A stretch of DNA of 56,520 nucleotides, the filler included, from Catajapyx aquilonaris (Eukaryota), in the NCBI GenBank assembly GCA_000934665.2. It is 4 parts of 4 records of this genome, joined end to end, with 100 filler letters (N's around TTAATTAATTAA, not from the genome) between each part and the next. Parts side by side here need not be neighbours in the genome. Positions count along the whole stretch, not along the records: positions 1 to 14,060 come from JYFJ02007901.1; positions 14,161 to 28,223 come from JYFJ02007902.1; 2 more parts are not named here. One strand, 5' to 3'. The first letter of the stretch is position 1. Each line of letters opens with the position of its first letter. Made by a program: the position numbers and the translations under genes. The notes beneath the pieces were generated by a model. That model saw only the letters and a program-made list of their open reading frames with translations. It was not told where the DNA came from and did no database searches. Shown here in pieces: positions 12,642-24,980 of this stretch.

Positions 12642-12889
12642 CAGGGTGTATCAGAGTCACGGGTCAAGCGAGTGCGAGGGGGTGGGGAAAAATCGTAGGT
12701 GGTGACAACCCCGGCCGGTTTTATAAAACAATTAGAAATACGGCAGTAATCAATTTATTGTTGTTGTAATAAATAAATTGATTACTGCCGTATTTCTAAT
12801 TGTTTTATAAAACCGACCGGGGTTGTCGCCACCTACGATTTTTCCCCACCCCCTCGCACTCGCTTGACCCGTGACTCTGATACACCCTG
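12642..12889. mobile_element. Palindromic mariner-type MITE
   Basis: TA|CAGGGTGTATCAGAGTC ... GACTCTGATACACCCTG|TA. Arms of about 117 bp are almost perfect. Confidence 0.85.
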
Positions 12890-13022
12890 TATAATCTATA
12901 ATGCAACTTCCACTTAAATTTTGCAAATCAGATATTGTACTCATAGTTAGCCTGTATGCCTCATTCCTAAATTAGTCGTCATCAGCTACAGCTAAATCTG
13001 GTTCATTGCCACTGTCTTAATA

Positions 13023-13667
13023 CAGTCGAATCCCTCTATAACGAAATTGAAGGGAACCAAATTTTCTTGCATTATATGCGAAATTCGTTATATAAAAAAA
13101 ACGCGTTTAAACCTCACTTTTTTCGATATTTAGGCGTTATATTAAGCCCTAGTAGCTGGAAAAATAGTTTAAAAATTCTTCCGCGCTAAATTAGATTATC
13201 TCACAAAGCACAGCACAAAGTCGACAACAATAAGCCAATCAGCTAACCTGCGGCACGGGCCGCCATAATCTCCTGCAAGTAGTAGACCCAAGGGGGAAAG
13301 AGGAAATGGTGGGGAAAGATGATAAGGAAAGGTCAGGCTCTTATCTCCAGTGAATATTCCCAGGTTTTAACCACCTGCATCCTTCCCTGGGGGGCCACGT
13401 GCTAGCAATAAATCCAGTGGGGAACTCTGAGTCACTGCGCGACAGCCCTCCACCCCAAGATATATGAAGGGGTCGGTGCAATACCGCCCTAACCCACCTG
13501 GTGCGGAGTGAAATTTTTTCGTTATATGCGAACCGAAACGAAAATCCTTTTGTTAAAAGCGGATATTTTTAACATGGGTTTATATGGGGCCTCTGATGGT
13601 CACAAATTTTCTTTCATTATAAGCGGATTTTCGTTATATCCGGATTCGTTATAGAGGGATTCGACTG
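13023..13667. mobile_element. pogo/Tigger-type MITE
   Basis: TA|CAGTCGAATCCCTCTATAACGAA ... TTCGTTATAGAGGGATTCGACTG|TA with subterminal TTCGTTATA repeats. Confidence 0.85.
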
Positions 13668-13690
13668 TAATAACAATAATAATAATGATA

Positions 13691-14060
13691 CCGTATTTAC
13701 TCGCATATAAGACACACTTTTTTTCCGATTTTTGTAGCTCAAAAAGTAGGGTGCGTCTTATACGCGTGTGCGTCTTATACGGCAGGGCACAACGGGTGAG
13801 ACCCGTGAGAAATCGTGAAAATCGTTTATTGAAAAATTTAAGCTTGTCGGTTTGATGTCCTGTCAGCACAGTAGTTGATCACTTTCCTCTTGAAATCGGC
13901 ACGGTACGATCTGCATTTCTCCTTCACTTCCATTGATATGCTCCCCCCGTCCACACACGTGCACAATGGGGAACTAGCCTTCATTTTGGAAACTACATAA
14001 TAAATTCGCTCATATTTTTTGGATTTTTTTGGCATATTCCGTTTTAAGATATCAGTTCCC
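13691..14060 (-). mobile_element. Internally deleted pogo-type transposon with a Brinker-like HTH remnant, cut by the contig end
   Basis: TA|CCGTATTTACTCGCATATAAG end with GCGTCTTATACG subterminal repeats. Minus-strand peptide KCRSYRADFKRKVINYCADRTSNRQA resembles the N-terminal HTH of pogo transposases. Confidence 0.7.
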
Positions 14061-14160
14061 NNNNNNNNNNNNNNNNNNNNNNNNNNNNNNNNNNNNNNNN
14101 NNNNTTAATTAATTAANNNNNNNNNNNNNNNNNNNNNNNNNNNNNNNNNNNNNNNNNNNN
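14061..14160. other. Artificial contig linker N44-TTAATTAATTAA-N44
   Basis: Six-frame stop linker at 14105-14116; the same structure recurs twice more. Confidence 0.97.
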
Positions 14161-14295
14161 GAATCTAGGAGAGAAACTGAACTTAAATTAGTATGACTTG
14201 CGGTTCTCCCGATCATCTCTTCTCGACCAAAAAGGAAAATAACTGGAATGTAGGTCAGGCACTCGCAGCAGGTCCCAGGCGTAACCATGGAACCC

Positions 14296-14656
14296 AGCAT
14301 ACAGCCTCTCTAAAATGCCATCTTTGGTGCCCAACTGATAAGAGCCCAGATGCTTTAATGTAACATAAATAAACAACCCCTGACACATTCCTATAGGAGG
14401 CAAAAACATTCTCAATCAACCGCTTCAGGTACTCTATTTCAGAGTTTTCATGCTGAAGCTGAACAACTTGAAGCTGCTCCCATCCTGCTGATTTCAATAA
14501 TATTTTATAGCTCTGAATGAAGTTCCTTCCAGAGTTCTGTATCGCTTCAATCAGCTTCAGCTTTCAGTTCAGGTAGTAAGCAGGGATTCACAAGTTGCAG
14601 GTGCAAAAAGTACTGCACTGATAACAAATGTAAATGTCGATCATTCAAACAGTGCC
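14296..14656. pseudogene. Rearranged relic of a KRBA2/SCAND3-like (Ginger-type) integrase C-terminus
   Basis: Plus strand LNEVPSRV / SLQSASAFSSGSKQGFTSCRCKKYCTDNKCKCRS; minus strand YQLGTKDGILERLYA. Both are recalled motifs of this family's C-terminus. Confidence 0.6.
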
Positions 14657-14804
14657 TGCAAGAACAAGATTAATAGACTAATAATTGAAAGATAACAGTG
14701 CCTGGAAGATGATGCATAGTACGGTATGTAATAATGGTAATAAATATTTGGAGGTAATAGTTACTGGAAAATAAACAGCATCATCAAATGTTAGGTATTT
14801 CTTC

Positions 14805-15146
14805 TTTTTTTACGTTACCCCGTGAAAGGCTGAGCCTTTTTAGGGGGGTGGAATACCACCATTTCACTCCATTTTCCTGTATTAGTAACTTCATTCACCG
14901 GTGCAAGGAGTCAAGGATGTAGGGTAAGGATAGGGATTTTTGAGGAGGGAACATAGGGTTCAAGTGCAAGGTCGGTAAAGGGGTCTTGTGCTGTTCCCCA
15001 GGAGGTTAGGTTGCCAGACACCTCCTTGGTGCAGGTCAGAGACCCTCCTGATGCAGGTGAAAGGAAAGTTCCTCAGGCGGGGATCGAACCTGGGGCCTTT
15101 CACTCAGCAAGCCGAGACATTACCATCTCGGCCATCTACACCTCCC
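14805..15146 (-). mobile_element. tRNA-derived SINE, family C
   Basis: Head TGGCCGAGATGG...GGTTCGATCCCC (A and B boxes) and a short A tail. A 5'-truncated relative lies at 40428-40640. No TSD recognised. Confidence 0.8.
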
Positions 15147-15200
15147 AACCTACAAAAACTTGTAGATTTCAACCATTTGCCAAACAACAATAGGGTGATT

Positions 15201-15201
<1 letters not shown>

Positions 15202-15245
<44 letters not shown>

Positions 15246-15499
15246 GATACCCCGTGATAAGCCTCCTTGGGCTTTTTAGGGGATCATCTTTTAATAGACC
15301 AACTTTAATCATTTGCCTGTAATGTGATGGATTTTGATAGTGGGAGGAAACGGGAGAACCCCGAGAAAACCCACGCGAACACAGAGAGAACCCATCGAAA
15401 CTCTATCCACATAAGTATCCTCCGTCCGACCCGGGGATCGAACTCGGGACCTTAGAGGTGGAAGGCTGCGGCGCTAACCACTCGGCCATCGTGTCGCCC
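15202..15499 (-). mobile_element. tRNA-derived SINE, family A, full V-like domain
   Basis: Similar to 3426-3713. Body GTTCTCTCTGTGTTCGCGTGGGTTTTCTCGGGGTTCTCCCGTTTCCTCCCAC. TSD ATAGGGTGATTT at 15190-15201 and 15506-15517. Confidence 0.9.
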
Positions 15500-15914
15500 G
15501 ACAATATAGGGTGATTTATTACCAGCATCTACATGGCACAGTGGGAAACAGGAAACTGACACAACGAGTTATGGGTGTCTTCTAAAGTTCTAAACCAGCC
15601 CTCCCGACACGAAATTGGCATCCTGACGTTTAAGTTTAGCCCAGGAAAGCATTCGGGCCATTTTTAAAAGAGCATTTCGTGGTCTGGCCGTTTCATTAAA
15701 GTGTCCTTTCTGCAGAATGGATGGTTTGAAAATGAGCATTCTGCAGCATGGCCGTTTTTTTCGCCCAATGGCCGTTTTAGGGGTTTGAGCCTAACATATA
15801 CATGCTGCTTAAGTACCAGAGTGCACTGACATGGTAAATGTCGGAAACCTACAGTAAACCTTTTTATATCTTAAGTAGGCTAATTCATTAAAGAAGGTAT
15901 ACCAGGAATAATAA

Positions 15915-16164
15915 TTGAGGAGTCTCAGATCAAAAACGGCTAACCGTAAGTCCACTTTTGGGGGGTGAGCAGCAATTTTGTGCTTTAATGTCAGTTGGTA
16001 ATAATTGCAGATTTCCGTTTGTAGCTGAGGTGTGGCAACTTACACCGGCATGTAAAAAGTTCCAAGATTGTGCCAGTGAAAGTTAAGTAATTATCAGTTT
16101 TGCTAATTTTACGACACGTTTCTCGAAGTGGACTTATAAGTTTTTTTGATCAGAGACCCCTCAA
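15915..16164. mobile_element. mariner-type MITE
   Basis: TIRs TTGAGGAGTCTCAGATCAAAAA / TTTTTGATCAGAGACCCCTCAA plus inner TAAGTCCACTT / AAGTGGACTTA. Confidence 0.65.
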
Positions 16165-16398
16165 TAATTATTAATGCATATCTGGATTTCAAGAGGAACT
16201 CCTAATAAATAGTAAAATAAACATATATAAATAACACACTCCTGTCATCACTGCTACGTTTACTTTTGGATGTTAGTGAATGACAAGTTGAATCAATATT
16301 ATTATTGGGTTTTATCTTTGAAGTGTTCAATATGCGATGAGACCCCACAAAAAATGCATAGGCAGCCGAAATGGTCCCTATTGCACATGTTCAGTTCT

Positions 16399-19300
16399 TC
16401 AGCAATGGCCATTCAATTCTGAAATGCACATAAAGTAAAAACATTTTCAAAGTTACATCAAAAATTCTTATACAGTAATAAGAAAGCAGGCTGACCTTTT
16501 GAGCAGGTGATCTCGTCGTCTTCCAGCCTGAAACCATCTGGACAAGCACAAGACACTTTTGAAGACCTGTCGTTGATTTGAGGTGCTGCAAGACAGAGAT
16601 GAGAACAGAAGCTCCCCCTTTTATCAAGGCAGTAATTGATTCCTTTTGGTTGACACAGTCGGTTATACATTACAATTGGGCTCTGGGGCTGTAAAGGTAT
16701 AAGCAAAATAGTGATAGGTACAGTTACTGCAGCACAGTTACCGAAGTGACAATGAAGAAAAATGCAGTCAAGTTCCATACTTACTCTAGTGGAGGTTACT
16801 CTACTGACACCTTCGCCATTAAATTTATTCGCTCTGAAAGCAGAGCCATCTCTGTCCCTTTTTGTCCAATATATCCAATCCTCAAAGGTGACAATACTCG
16901 TTGAAAAGGGTAGTTGGGAGTGACTATCATGGTCAATGATGACTCGTCTCTTGGATCCGTCATAGTTGCAGGAAGAAATAACTCTCTGTTTCATGTCCAC
17001 ATAGTATATTCTTTCTAAAACTAGGTCAAGAGTCAAGACGCTGGGTATTTCATTAACATCAGAAATGATGGTGTGGAGGTGAGTTCCGTCCATTCCTGCC
17101 CTTCTAATTACAGCACTGGGCCCAGCTTTGTTGTCCAAATCATTTGTCCAGTACATCCACCTGTGAGTATTCAGCACTACAGCATGACCATAATAAATAA
17201 TTGTTTGCACATTATCAGCACTTACCCATCTAGTGGATTGACAGCTATAGATGTCGGCTTCACAAGTCTGTCCCAAAATAATGTTTTCCTTTTTTTTCCA
17301 TCGAAATCAGACACTTCAATCGTGTTATTATTGGAATCTGACCAATATATGTGGCTATAAATCCAATCCACTGCAAGGCGAGTACTTCTTGTGGTGTCTG
17401 GGATCACCTCGGTGAGGTAGTCTCCAATAGCTGCCCTGGAAGTTTACAAGCAATGATCCTGCATTGCGGCGGTGTAGCTTCAACTTCACGGTACCGTATT
17501 ATCTTACGTACTTGTGGATGTAATAGCTATTGACACCAAACTCGTAGTTAAAGAATATGATTCCTTTATCAAAATCATAATCCATAGCAGTAATTTGGGC
17601 AGTCCGAGGTATCCTGACAAGAGAAGTTTCGTTGTGGTTCCCATCCAGCAGTGATATCAGCCGGATATCATCATGCCGCTGGACCATGAGTGAGGCACTT
17701 TCTTTAGCCCTGCATCGAGTATGGTCAGTTGGATTCATCTCATAATCACCATGACATTGGCATGTGAAACTTCCCACTGTGTTTATGCAACTCTGGGAAC
17801 AAGCACCTGGAGTTCTACACTCATCCACATCTGCAAAATGAATTTTGGTTTCATAGATTTGCATTGACGCATCAGGTCACTGATATAATCTTGCCTTCAC
17901 ATGTAGTGCTCCCCACTAATTTATAGCCTTCCCTGCATTCACAGCGGTTCCCTTTCCAAATGCCAACACATATCTGGGAGCAGCCTCCATTGTTGTCACT
18001 ACACTGGTTGCAGCAATGCTCACTGTTTTCATCCTCCCAGTTGCCACAGTCATTCTTCTGGTCACAAGTCTTGTTCAGAGGAATACACATGCCATTTCTG
18101 CAGTGGAACTCATTATGGGTGCAATTCGTGATAGGAATAATGGCTGAAATAAATGTTACTGCAGAATCATGTCATGGGCAATTTAATAGGCAATGTCTAT
18201 ATTAACTGCAGTTGTCTTCATCGCTCTTGTCTCCACAATCTGCATGTCCGTTGCATTGCTTCTGACCCCCAATACACTCCAAATTGCTGCATTGGAATTG
18301 GTCAGGCCGACATGAGTGTATGCAGTTGGCATCATCTTCATCTGATTGATCATTGCAGTCATTATTACCATCACACATCAATTCAGAGGGAATGCACTTT
18401 GTGCCATCAGCACATTTAAACTCTCTTGACTCATTGCAGTTTACAGGACGATCCGTTGCAGCACAGTCCTACATACAAAACATGTATCCACATTATTCTC
18501 TACAACTTCAAAATACATCCATGGATATTGACATAATTGAGATACCTGCAAAAGCTAGAGGCTTCTAATTTGCATTTAAGAATATGTATGTGTTCTGTAC
18601 CTTTTCATCTGAACCATCATGGCAGTCTGCATCACCATCGCATACAAATGGCAAAGGTATGCATGTAATTCCGTCCTGACACATCAGGGACCCCTGCGGG
18701 CATATTCCCGGTACATTACTGTCCTTTCCTTCCCCTTCACCTTCACAATCCCTTTCATCTGATCCATCTGGGCAGTCCCGGTCACCGTCACATGCCCACC
18801 CCACAGGAATGCACTGATTGTTACCATCCTTACAGAGGAACTTGTCAGGTCCACAAGTGCGCGTGCAGTTGGCATTGTCTTCATCCGAATGATCATTGCA
18901 GTCGTTCTTGCCATCGCACATCGATTCAGAGGGAATGCACTGTGTCCCATCACCACATTTAAACTCTCTAGGCTCATCACAACTTATTGGACTATCCGTC
19001 ACGGCACAGTCCTATATGCACAAAAACAAACACATTATTCCCACTTCAGATATGCCAATGCCAATTGACATTTGATGAGATATCTACCAAAGCTGCAGGC
19101 TTCTAATTTGCACATGAATGTGCACCATACCTTTTCATCTGAACTGTCACGACAGTCTGGATCACCATCGCATTTCCATGCCAAAGGTATGCAAATACGT
19201 TCATCCAGACACAGGAAACCTTGCGGGCAATTTGTGTCTTTTCCTTCCCCTTCCCCATCACAATCCTTTTCATCTGAACCATCTGGACAGTCAGGGTCAC

Positions 19301-20821
19301 CGTCACATGCCCATCGCGCAGGAACACACTTATTGCTACCATCCTTACACATGAATTGGTGAGGCCCACATGTGCGTGTGCAGTTGGCACCAACTTCATC
19401 CGAATTATCATTGCAGTCGTTCTTGCCATCACACAACAATTCGGAGGGAATGCACTTTGTCCCATCAGCACATTTAAACTTTGTAGACTCATCACAGCTT
19501 ACAGGAGGTTCTGTTGCAGCACAGTCCTACATACAAAGTATGTACAGATTATTACCTACAAATTCAAATTCCCCCATGGAAATTGACATAAGCTGCATAC
19601 CTAAGTAAAAGCTACCTAGGCATCTAATTTGCAGAAGAATATGTGAAGAGCGGCAAAGAAAAACCCGCAAGATCCATCACGAACTTTTCTATAGATCTTG
19701 CTGGTTTTGCTTGCACTATGCCGCTGGATCTTGCGGTATTTGCTTGAATTGACTGTTTTTGGGCTCATATACTATGGAACTAACACATTTTGCCCGACCA
19801 GATTTTAACACCGCATCACACCCTATGTGATGGACAATATGCCATGCCTAACTCGTTTCCCGCCAACATTGGATCTTGCGGGTTTTGCTTTGCCGCTCCT
19901 CATGTGTAATGTACCTTTTCATCTGAACCTCCAGGACAGTCTACATCATCATCACATACAAATGCCAAAGGTATGCAAGTAATTCCATCCTGACACGAGA
20001 ATAAATTCTCTGGGCAATGTACCGGATTGTCTTTTCCTTCACCGTCACAATTTTTTTCATCTGAACCGTCTAGACAGTCTGGGTCACCATCGCATGTCAA
20101 CTGCACAGGAATACATTGATTGCTGTTATCCTTACATAGGAACCCGACCCCTGGACTGCACTTTGCTGTGCAATTCATCTCATCTGAACCATCCGGGCAA
20201 TCTGCATCGCCATCACATTTCAAGCGATAAGAAATGCAAGTGGTTCCGTCCTCACACAGGAATCCTCTCCGATCATCCCCCCCGTAATGGCAAAATCTTT
20301 CCTCATCATATATGCAGCCCTCTTCATCTGAACCGTCTGAACAGTCTGCATGATGGTCACATTTCCAATTCCCTGGAATGCACTTATTGCTACTATCCTT
20401 GCATTGGAAGCCTCCCTGTAGAGCACAGCCTTCGTCATGGTTGCAATTCATCTCATCCGAACCATCAGGACAGTTTGCAAAGCCATTGCATACCCATTCC
20501 CTTCTTATGCATACTGGGGGATTCTTGCAAGCAAACTCATTCCATCTGCACGGGATTTCTAGAAAAAGACAGAAAAATAATGCAATGCGGTTGGGACATC
20601 TTCATGGAGAGGGTCATGTGGAGTATGACAATAAGCGGCTTGTAACAACAACATACTTAAATATTATCACAGTTGGAAAATATTTGTGATGAAAATAATA
20701 ATGATGCAGCTGTTTTAGTCTCACCTGGAGGATTTTCAGTGGAAATAGGGTGATGATCAGCTGAACTTAACTGACCAAATATGCCCATTGCAAAGGCAAC
20801 AAATAATAAAGTGTGTCTCAT
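16399..20821 (-). CDS. LDL-receptor family protein (lipophorin/VLDL receptor-like): signal peptide, 14 LDL-A repeats, EGF-EGF-YWTD propeller-EGF, no visible TM or NPxY
   Basis: Exons 20725-20821, 19915-20558, 19131-19526, 18601-19011, 18207-18468, 17895-18143 (GC donor), 17512-17830, 17226-17435, 16785-17160, 16496-16688 and a putative last exon 16399-16418; all phases are compatible. Motifs CDGDxDCx[43 protein letters not shown]. The last exon is less certain. Confidence 0.88.
19645..19901. mobile_element. MITE with 4-bp TSD and GAG-type termini (Sola2-like) in an LDLR-like intron
   Basis: About 33-bp TIRs GAAGAGCGGCAAAGAAAAACCCGCAAGATCCA / TGGATCTTGCGGGTTTTGCTTTGCCGCTCCTC. TSD ATGT. Absent from the homologous introns at 18469-18600 and 19012-19130. 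Confidence 0.7.
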
Positions 20822-22497
20822 CTTGCCTAATAACTTGTTCTGAATGAATTTGCTTGGATAGAGATTAGCAACATCATGCAGCCACATTTGGCATTTCAAC
20901 CAACAGGATGAGACTTGGCGATTATTACAGGCGTATGGTCATACGCTTGATTGGTTATCCTGTAACACCTGCCAGGAACAGGAAGACCATGCAAATGAAT
21001 CTCTGCATGACTTCAATTTTGTCTGCCTGTGAGCATTGATACAGTACATAAAACTTTGTTGACAAGTGCCTGCATGTACTGAACCGGTACTACGTAATAA
21101 TAATCTAACTAGGGTGAAATGCAGCTGGTCATTTGGGAATCACTTTGGCAGGAGTGCCATTCAGTTTCTGTAACTTCATTACTGGGTTAATTAGCTTTGC
21201 CTGACATGGGTAAAACACCATGAAATTTTGCACTGAGGCAGCGTACAATACTTCCACTGTCTTTGCAACTGCCATATCTAAGAGTATTAAGTCTGAAATT
21301 AAAACCGTGCATAAAGGGAGGAATATGCCGAGCACTATGTGGTATTTCATACTTTACGGCAATTAAGGCAATTATATAAGTGATAAAGCTTCTGAAACCA
21401 AATGACTGAAATGAGGCTCCTGCTGGACATAAAAATGATCCAGTGATTCCCAGAAACTCACCCTAGAAGTTCATTGAATCATTATGAACACCCTGTATGT
21501 AAATATGAAATCACAGAACATAAATGCTATTTTATCAGTTATTGTGTTTAACCTTTATATTTACTCTCCGACATTAACCGAACCCATGCAGCTATTAATA
21601 GCTGTGCATCCCTACATAATAGCTGATGTAAAAGATTTCAGTATCGGTAAGGTGGCATTGTTTCTCATACAGCAATGGATGTTTCTTTAATCTGATATGA
21701 ATCAATGATGTGGGATGATTATGACCAAGCTGAACAAGGCCCATTGGGCTAGAACACATCACGACCCATCGTGACCATCAATCACAATTATTGTAAATCT
21801 GAAAAATTTTAACAGTACTTATACTTGTAAACTGAAGCTCACAGAATACAGTGCCTATGCTTTCTGTTTTCATGCAACATAAATTATGGAACCTATTGTC
21901 ATCCCTCGATCTCCCTTCTTAAATTCTACATTTCTATTTAAGCCAAAAAAGAAAATGTCAAAATCTTGCATAATTATCTACTGTTCTGAAATAATTTTGT
22001 TTAGTGTTTATTTCCCAAGTGGTTTGGTCCAATGCTTGGTTCCAACAATGCAATATAAGATTACTTATTACTGGTATGCATAGGGTGGTAAAAAAATTTA
22101 GATTGTAATAACAGGCTTTCTTTGAGTAAGAGAACCTTCTATTATTAACAGAATTCTTATAGAGAGCATGAACATGTTTGGAACACTCTGATGTTACACG
22201 CAGGTCAACCAGTCAATGATTGTTGTAATGAAAAAATCTCATTTGTGATGTGCACATAATAATAAGGACCAAGCTTCATAAAACTAATTATTTATAGTTG
22301 TCCCGTCATTTTATTATGTGGATCCGACTGTACTTGATGCGATAATTATTATCTCCTGCAAGTAGGCCTTGACCAACAGGATGTTAATGCGCTGCACCCT
22401 AATCAATACTCACCATACAGTGAGAAAAATTTGATATGCAGTACGGTACTCAATAGTACAAGCCGTACTTGACAAAAGGCATTTGGAAGCTGCAAAA

Positions 22498-22820
22498 ATG
22501 GCTCGAGCATTGCTGTTCGTAGTTCTTTTTCTAAGCATGTCCTTCAGCAAAGCTTCACCCATCTCTGCTGCCTCTGATGAATCCAATGATAATGAAGGCC
22601 CCACGTCTGATGTGGTCCCCTCCCAACCTGAAGGTAAGGATCATGCTTTCAATTATTTCTATTAACCACACATTAAGCTGAATATTGTGCACCTATTAGA
22701 GGAGAAGCCAGAATGTGAATTATTGGATGGTACAACACTGAAGGCAGGTCAGTCCTCCCATCCACCTGGACGTTGCGTGGAGTACTTCTGCGATGATTCA
22801 GGGGAAATGGAGAGGAATAC
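22498..22820 (+). CDS. Small secreted cysteine-rich protein, SVWC (single VWC/Vago-like)-type; first two exons only
   Basis: Exon 22498-22633 encodes signal peptide MARALLFVVLFLSMSFSKA. Exon 22700-22820 reads EEKPECELLDGTTLKAGQSSHPPGRCVEYFCDDSGEMERNT with a phase-2 GTGAGT donor. No intact terminal exon with the remaining cysteines was found. Confidence 0.5.
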
Positions 22821-23803
22821 GTGAGTTCACTGATACTGTAANAGTTTTGCTTGGATCTGGATCTCTCTCATTCTACTGGGAACAAAACAGCATGTAGTTA
22901 ATAAAACTGCATTTTCCTCTACCTACAATGTAAACAGATGTGGAATTTTTCTTACAGCAGAATTCATCACATAGCCTGAGTTTTCAGTTTATATGCAGCT
23001 GAAGTGAAGGGCTCAGATTCATTTTTTGGGATAAATACTGCATCAATATCTCAAAGAATCACTTCGTCCACATTGCAACTGTTTGGACAAAAACAACTGG
23101 CACCATGTGGTATACATTCGTCGGATATTTGCAGTTCTCAGGTCATCAAGTTCCTAAGAAAATTCTAATCATACAGTGGGAAAATTTATTCATTAATTGT
23201 TCACGTATTTAAATGATGACTTTGGGCAACTGTTAGGTTCAGCGAAAGAATAGTTGACAGAATTTGAGGTGAGTTTATGACAAGTGGTTTCCAGCACTGG
23301 AACCTGCACATATCACAATGATGAGTAGCTCAGAAATTACTTCCAGCTGCTATCAACAAAGGTAACAATAGAGACATTCCTTGTTGACTTCATAAAAAAA
23401 TATTCTTACCATTGTTAAAGGCACAGGCACTGCATTTTGCAGGCCACTTTTCTCGTCACTGGAAAAACTCACAAAAATGACAATAATAATGGTGGCATAA
23501 AAAGAAATTGGGAAAACATAAAGAATCATGCTGGTAAAGAGCTTTTTGAGAGTTTTGCCTATTTGCCTGCAATACCTGCACAATCATATTACTAAATTAC
23601 AAATTAAATTACCAAATTACCACAACCTTAAACCAACATATAAACTCTCAATGATATCCCTACACCAGTAGGAATTATTTGTTGGAATAACACGTATACG
23701 GCAACTTTCTTGGTTTCAGAGGTCCTCACGACATATGCCTACAATGTCTAAAACATGTACTGTAATGTCCAGTGTAAGTAAGGGAGAATAAAAAGAGAGT
23801 ATT

Positions 23804-24158
23804 TGAAGGGTGACCTGCTACAATGTCTCAAGTACCAGTACCAACATTTTTTTTTTACAAATGTTTACGAATTGATAATGTCCCTGTAGAACCACTTCAT
23901 GTATTCGGGTAAGTAGTATGTTGTGAAAAAACGACTTTCCACTATCATGCGGACAAAGCTCGTATGGAAGGCAGGCAGGGGGCACATCCAACCTTGTCGC
24001 AGAACGACCCTAAAGCAGTCCCAAAACAATGCTTCTACTTCCATCTAGGAAGTTAAATTAGTAGCATTCTGCACAGAATGGCGCACTGAACTCAAAACCC
24101 CAGGAAAATGAAAAACGAGGCAGATGGCACTTTAAACCTTGTTGCAGGTCACCCTTCA
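23804..24158. mobile_element. mariner-type MITE, degenerate
   Basis: TIRs TGAAGGGTGACCTGC / GCAGGTCACCCTTCA, with TA on the right flank. Confidence 0.55.
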
Positions 24159-24980
24159 TATATTGGTGCTATGGATTTATTTCTTATTTGACTCATATCA
24201 TTTGCATGAAATATTTTCAACATGTTAAAGTATTTGCATCTATTGTATTGGGAAAACTGGTAATGTTGACGTGACAGAGAAAATCACAAAAATTATCCCA
24301 CTTTACACCAGATGGTTGGTACCCCCAGGGTACACCACTCCCCTGGTCAGCCTTGTTTTATACCAGCATCTGCAGATTAAGCACAGATTAAGGTAATATG
24401 CTAGCTTGAGTTGAGGCATGCCTGAACAAACAGGTTGATGGGTAACCTGCGTTTACTTGGGTTACAACCACAACCCAGAGTCACCCCTTTGGGTTAGGAG
24501 GGATGACCTAGGAAGGTCAGTTCTCACATTCTCAAAAGCCTTTTCTTCAACAGGACTTCAACGACTATCTCACCCTGATCTCACCACTAAAGGGGCCATA
24601 GCATTGAAAATGACAAGGAAGCTTGGAGGTAGTCGTGCAAGATTTACCCCCACTCCATTGCACGGAGTGTCACCTGCATTGCTTGTGGTATAAGCATTGT
24701 GGACTACACTGCACAATACCTAACTCTGTTGACCAAAACTTGACTGACCTTTTCGAATTTCAGGCTTTGATTACATTCTGAGTGACCCTAACCAAATGCT
24801 GCTGTCTGTGAGGAATTTCAGTGATATTTTCAAAGTAAAAATAAAAAGTAAAAAAGTAAAAGTAAAAGTAAAATAAAAAATAAATTAGAGAAATTAAAAA
24901 AATTCCTCACACACTCTCACATCACTGTACTGCACATGTATGGTACATTTCATCACTGCAAGAATGTAAGCCACGCAGCG

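Noticed and set aside
14105..14116. TTAATTAATTAA as a biological motif
   Set aside because: It is a six-frame stop linker inside N runs, identical at all three gaps.
3630..15499. tRNA-like sequences with A and B boxes at about 3640-3711, 4085-4159, 15075-15146 and 15430-15499
   Set aside because: They are SINE heads, each followed by a body and a tail and mostly bounded by TSDs; no complete cloverleaf was found.
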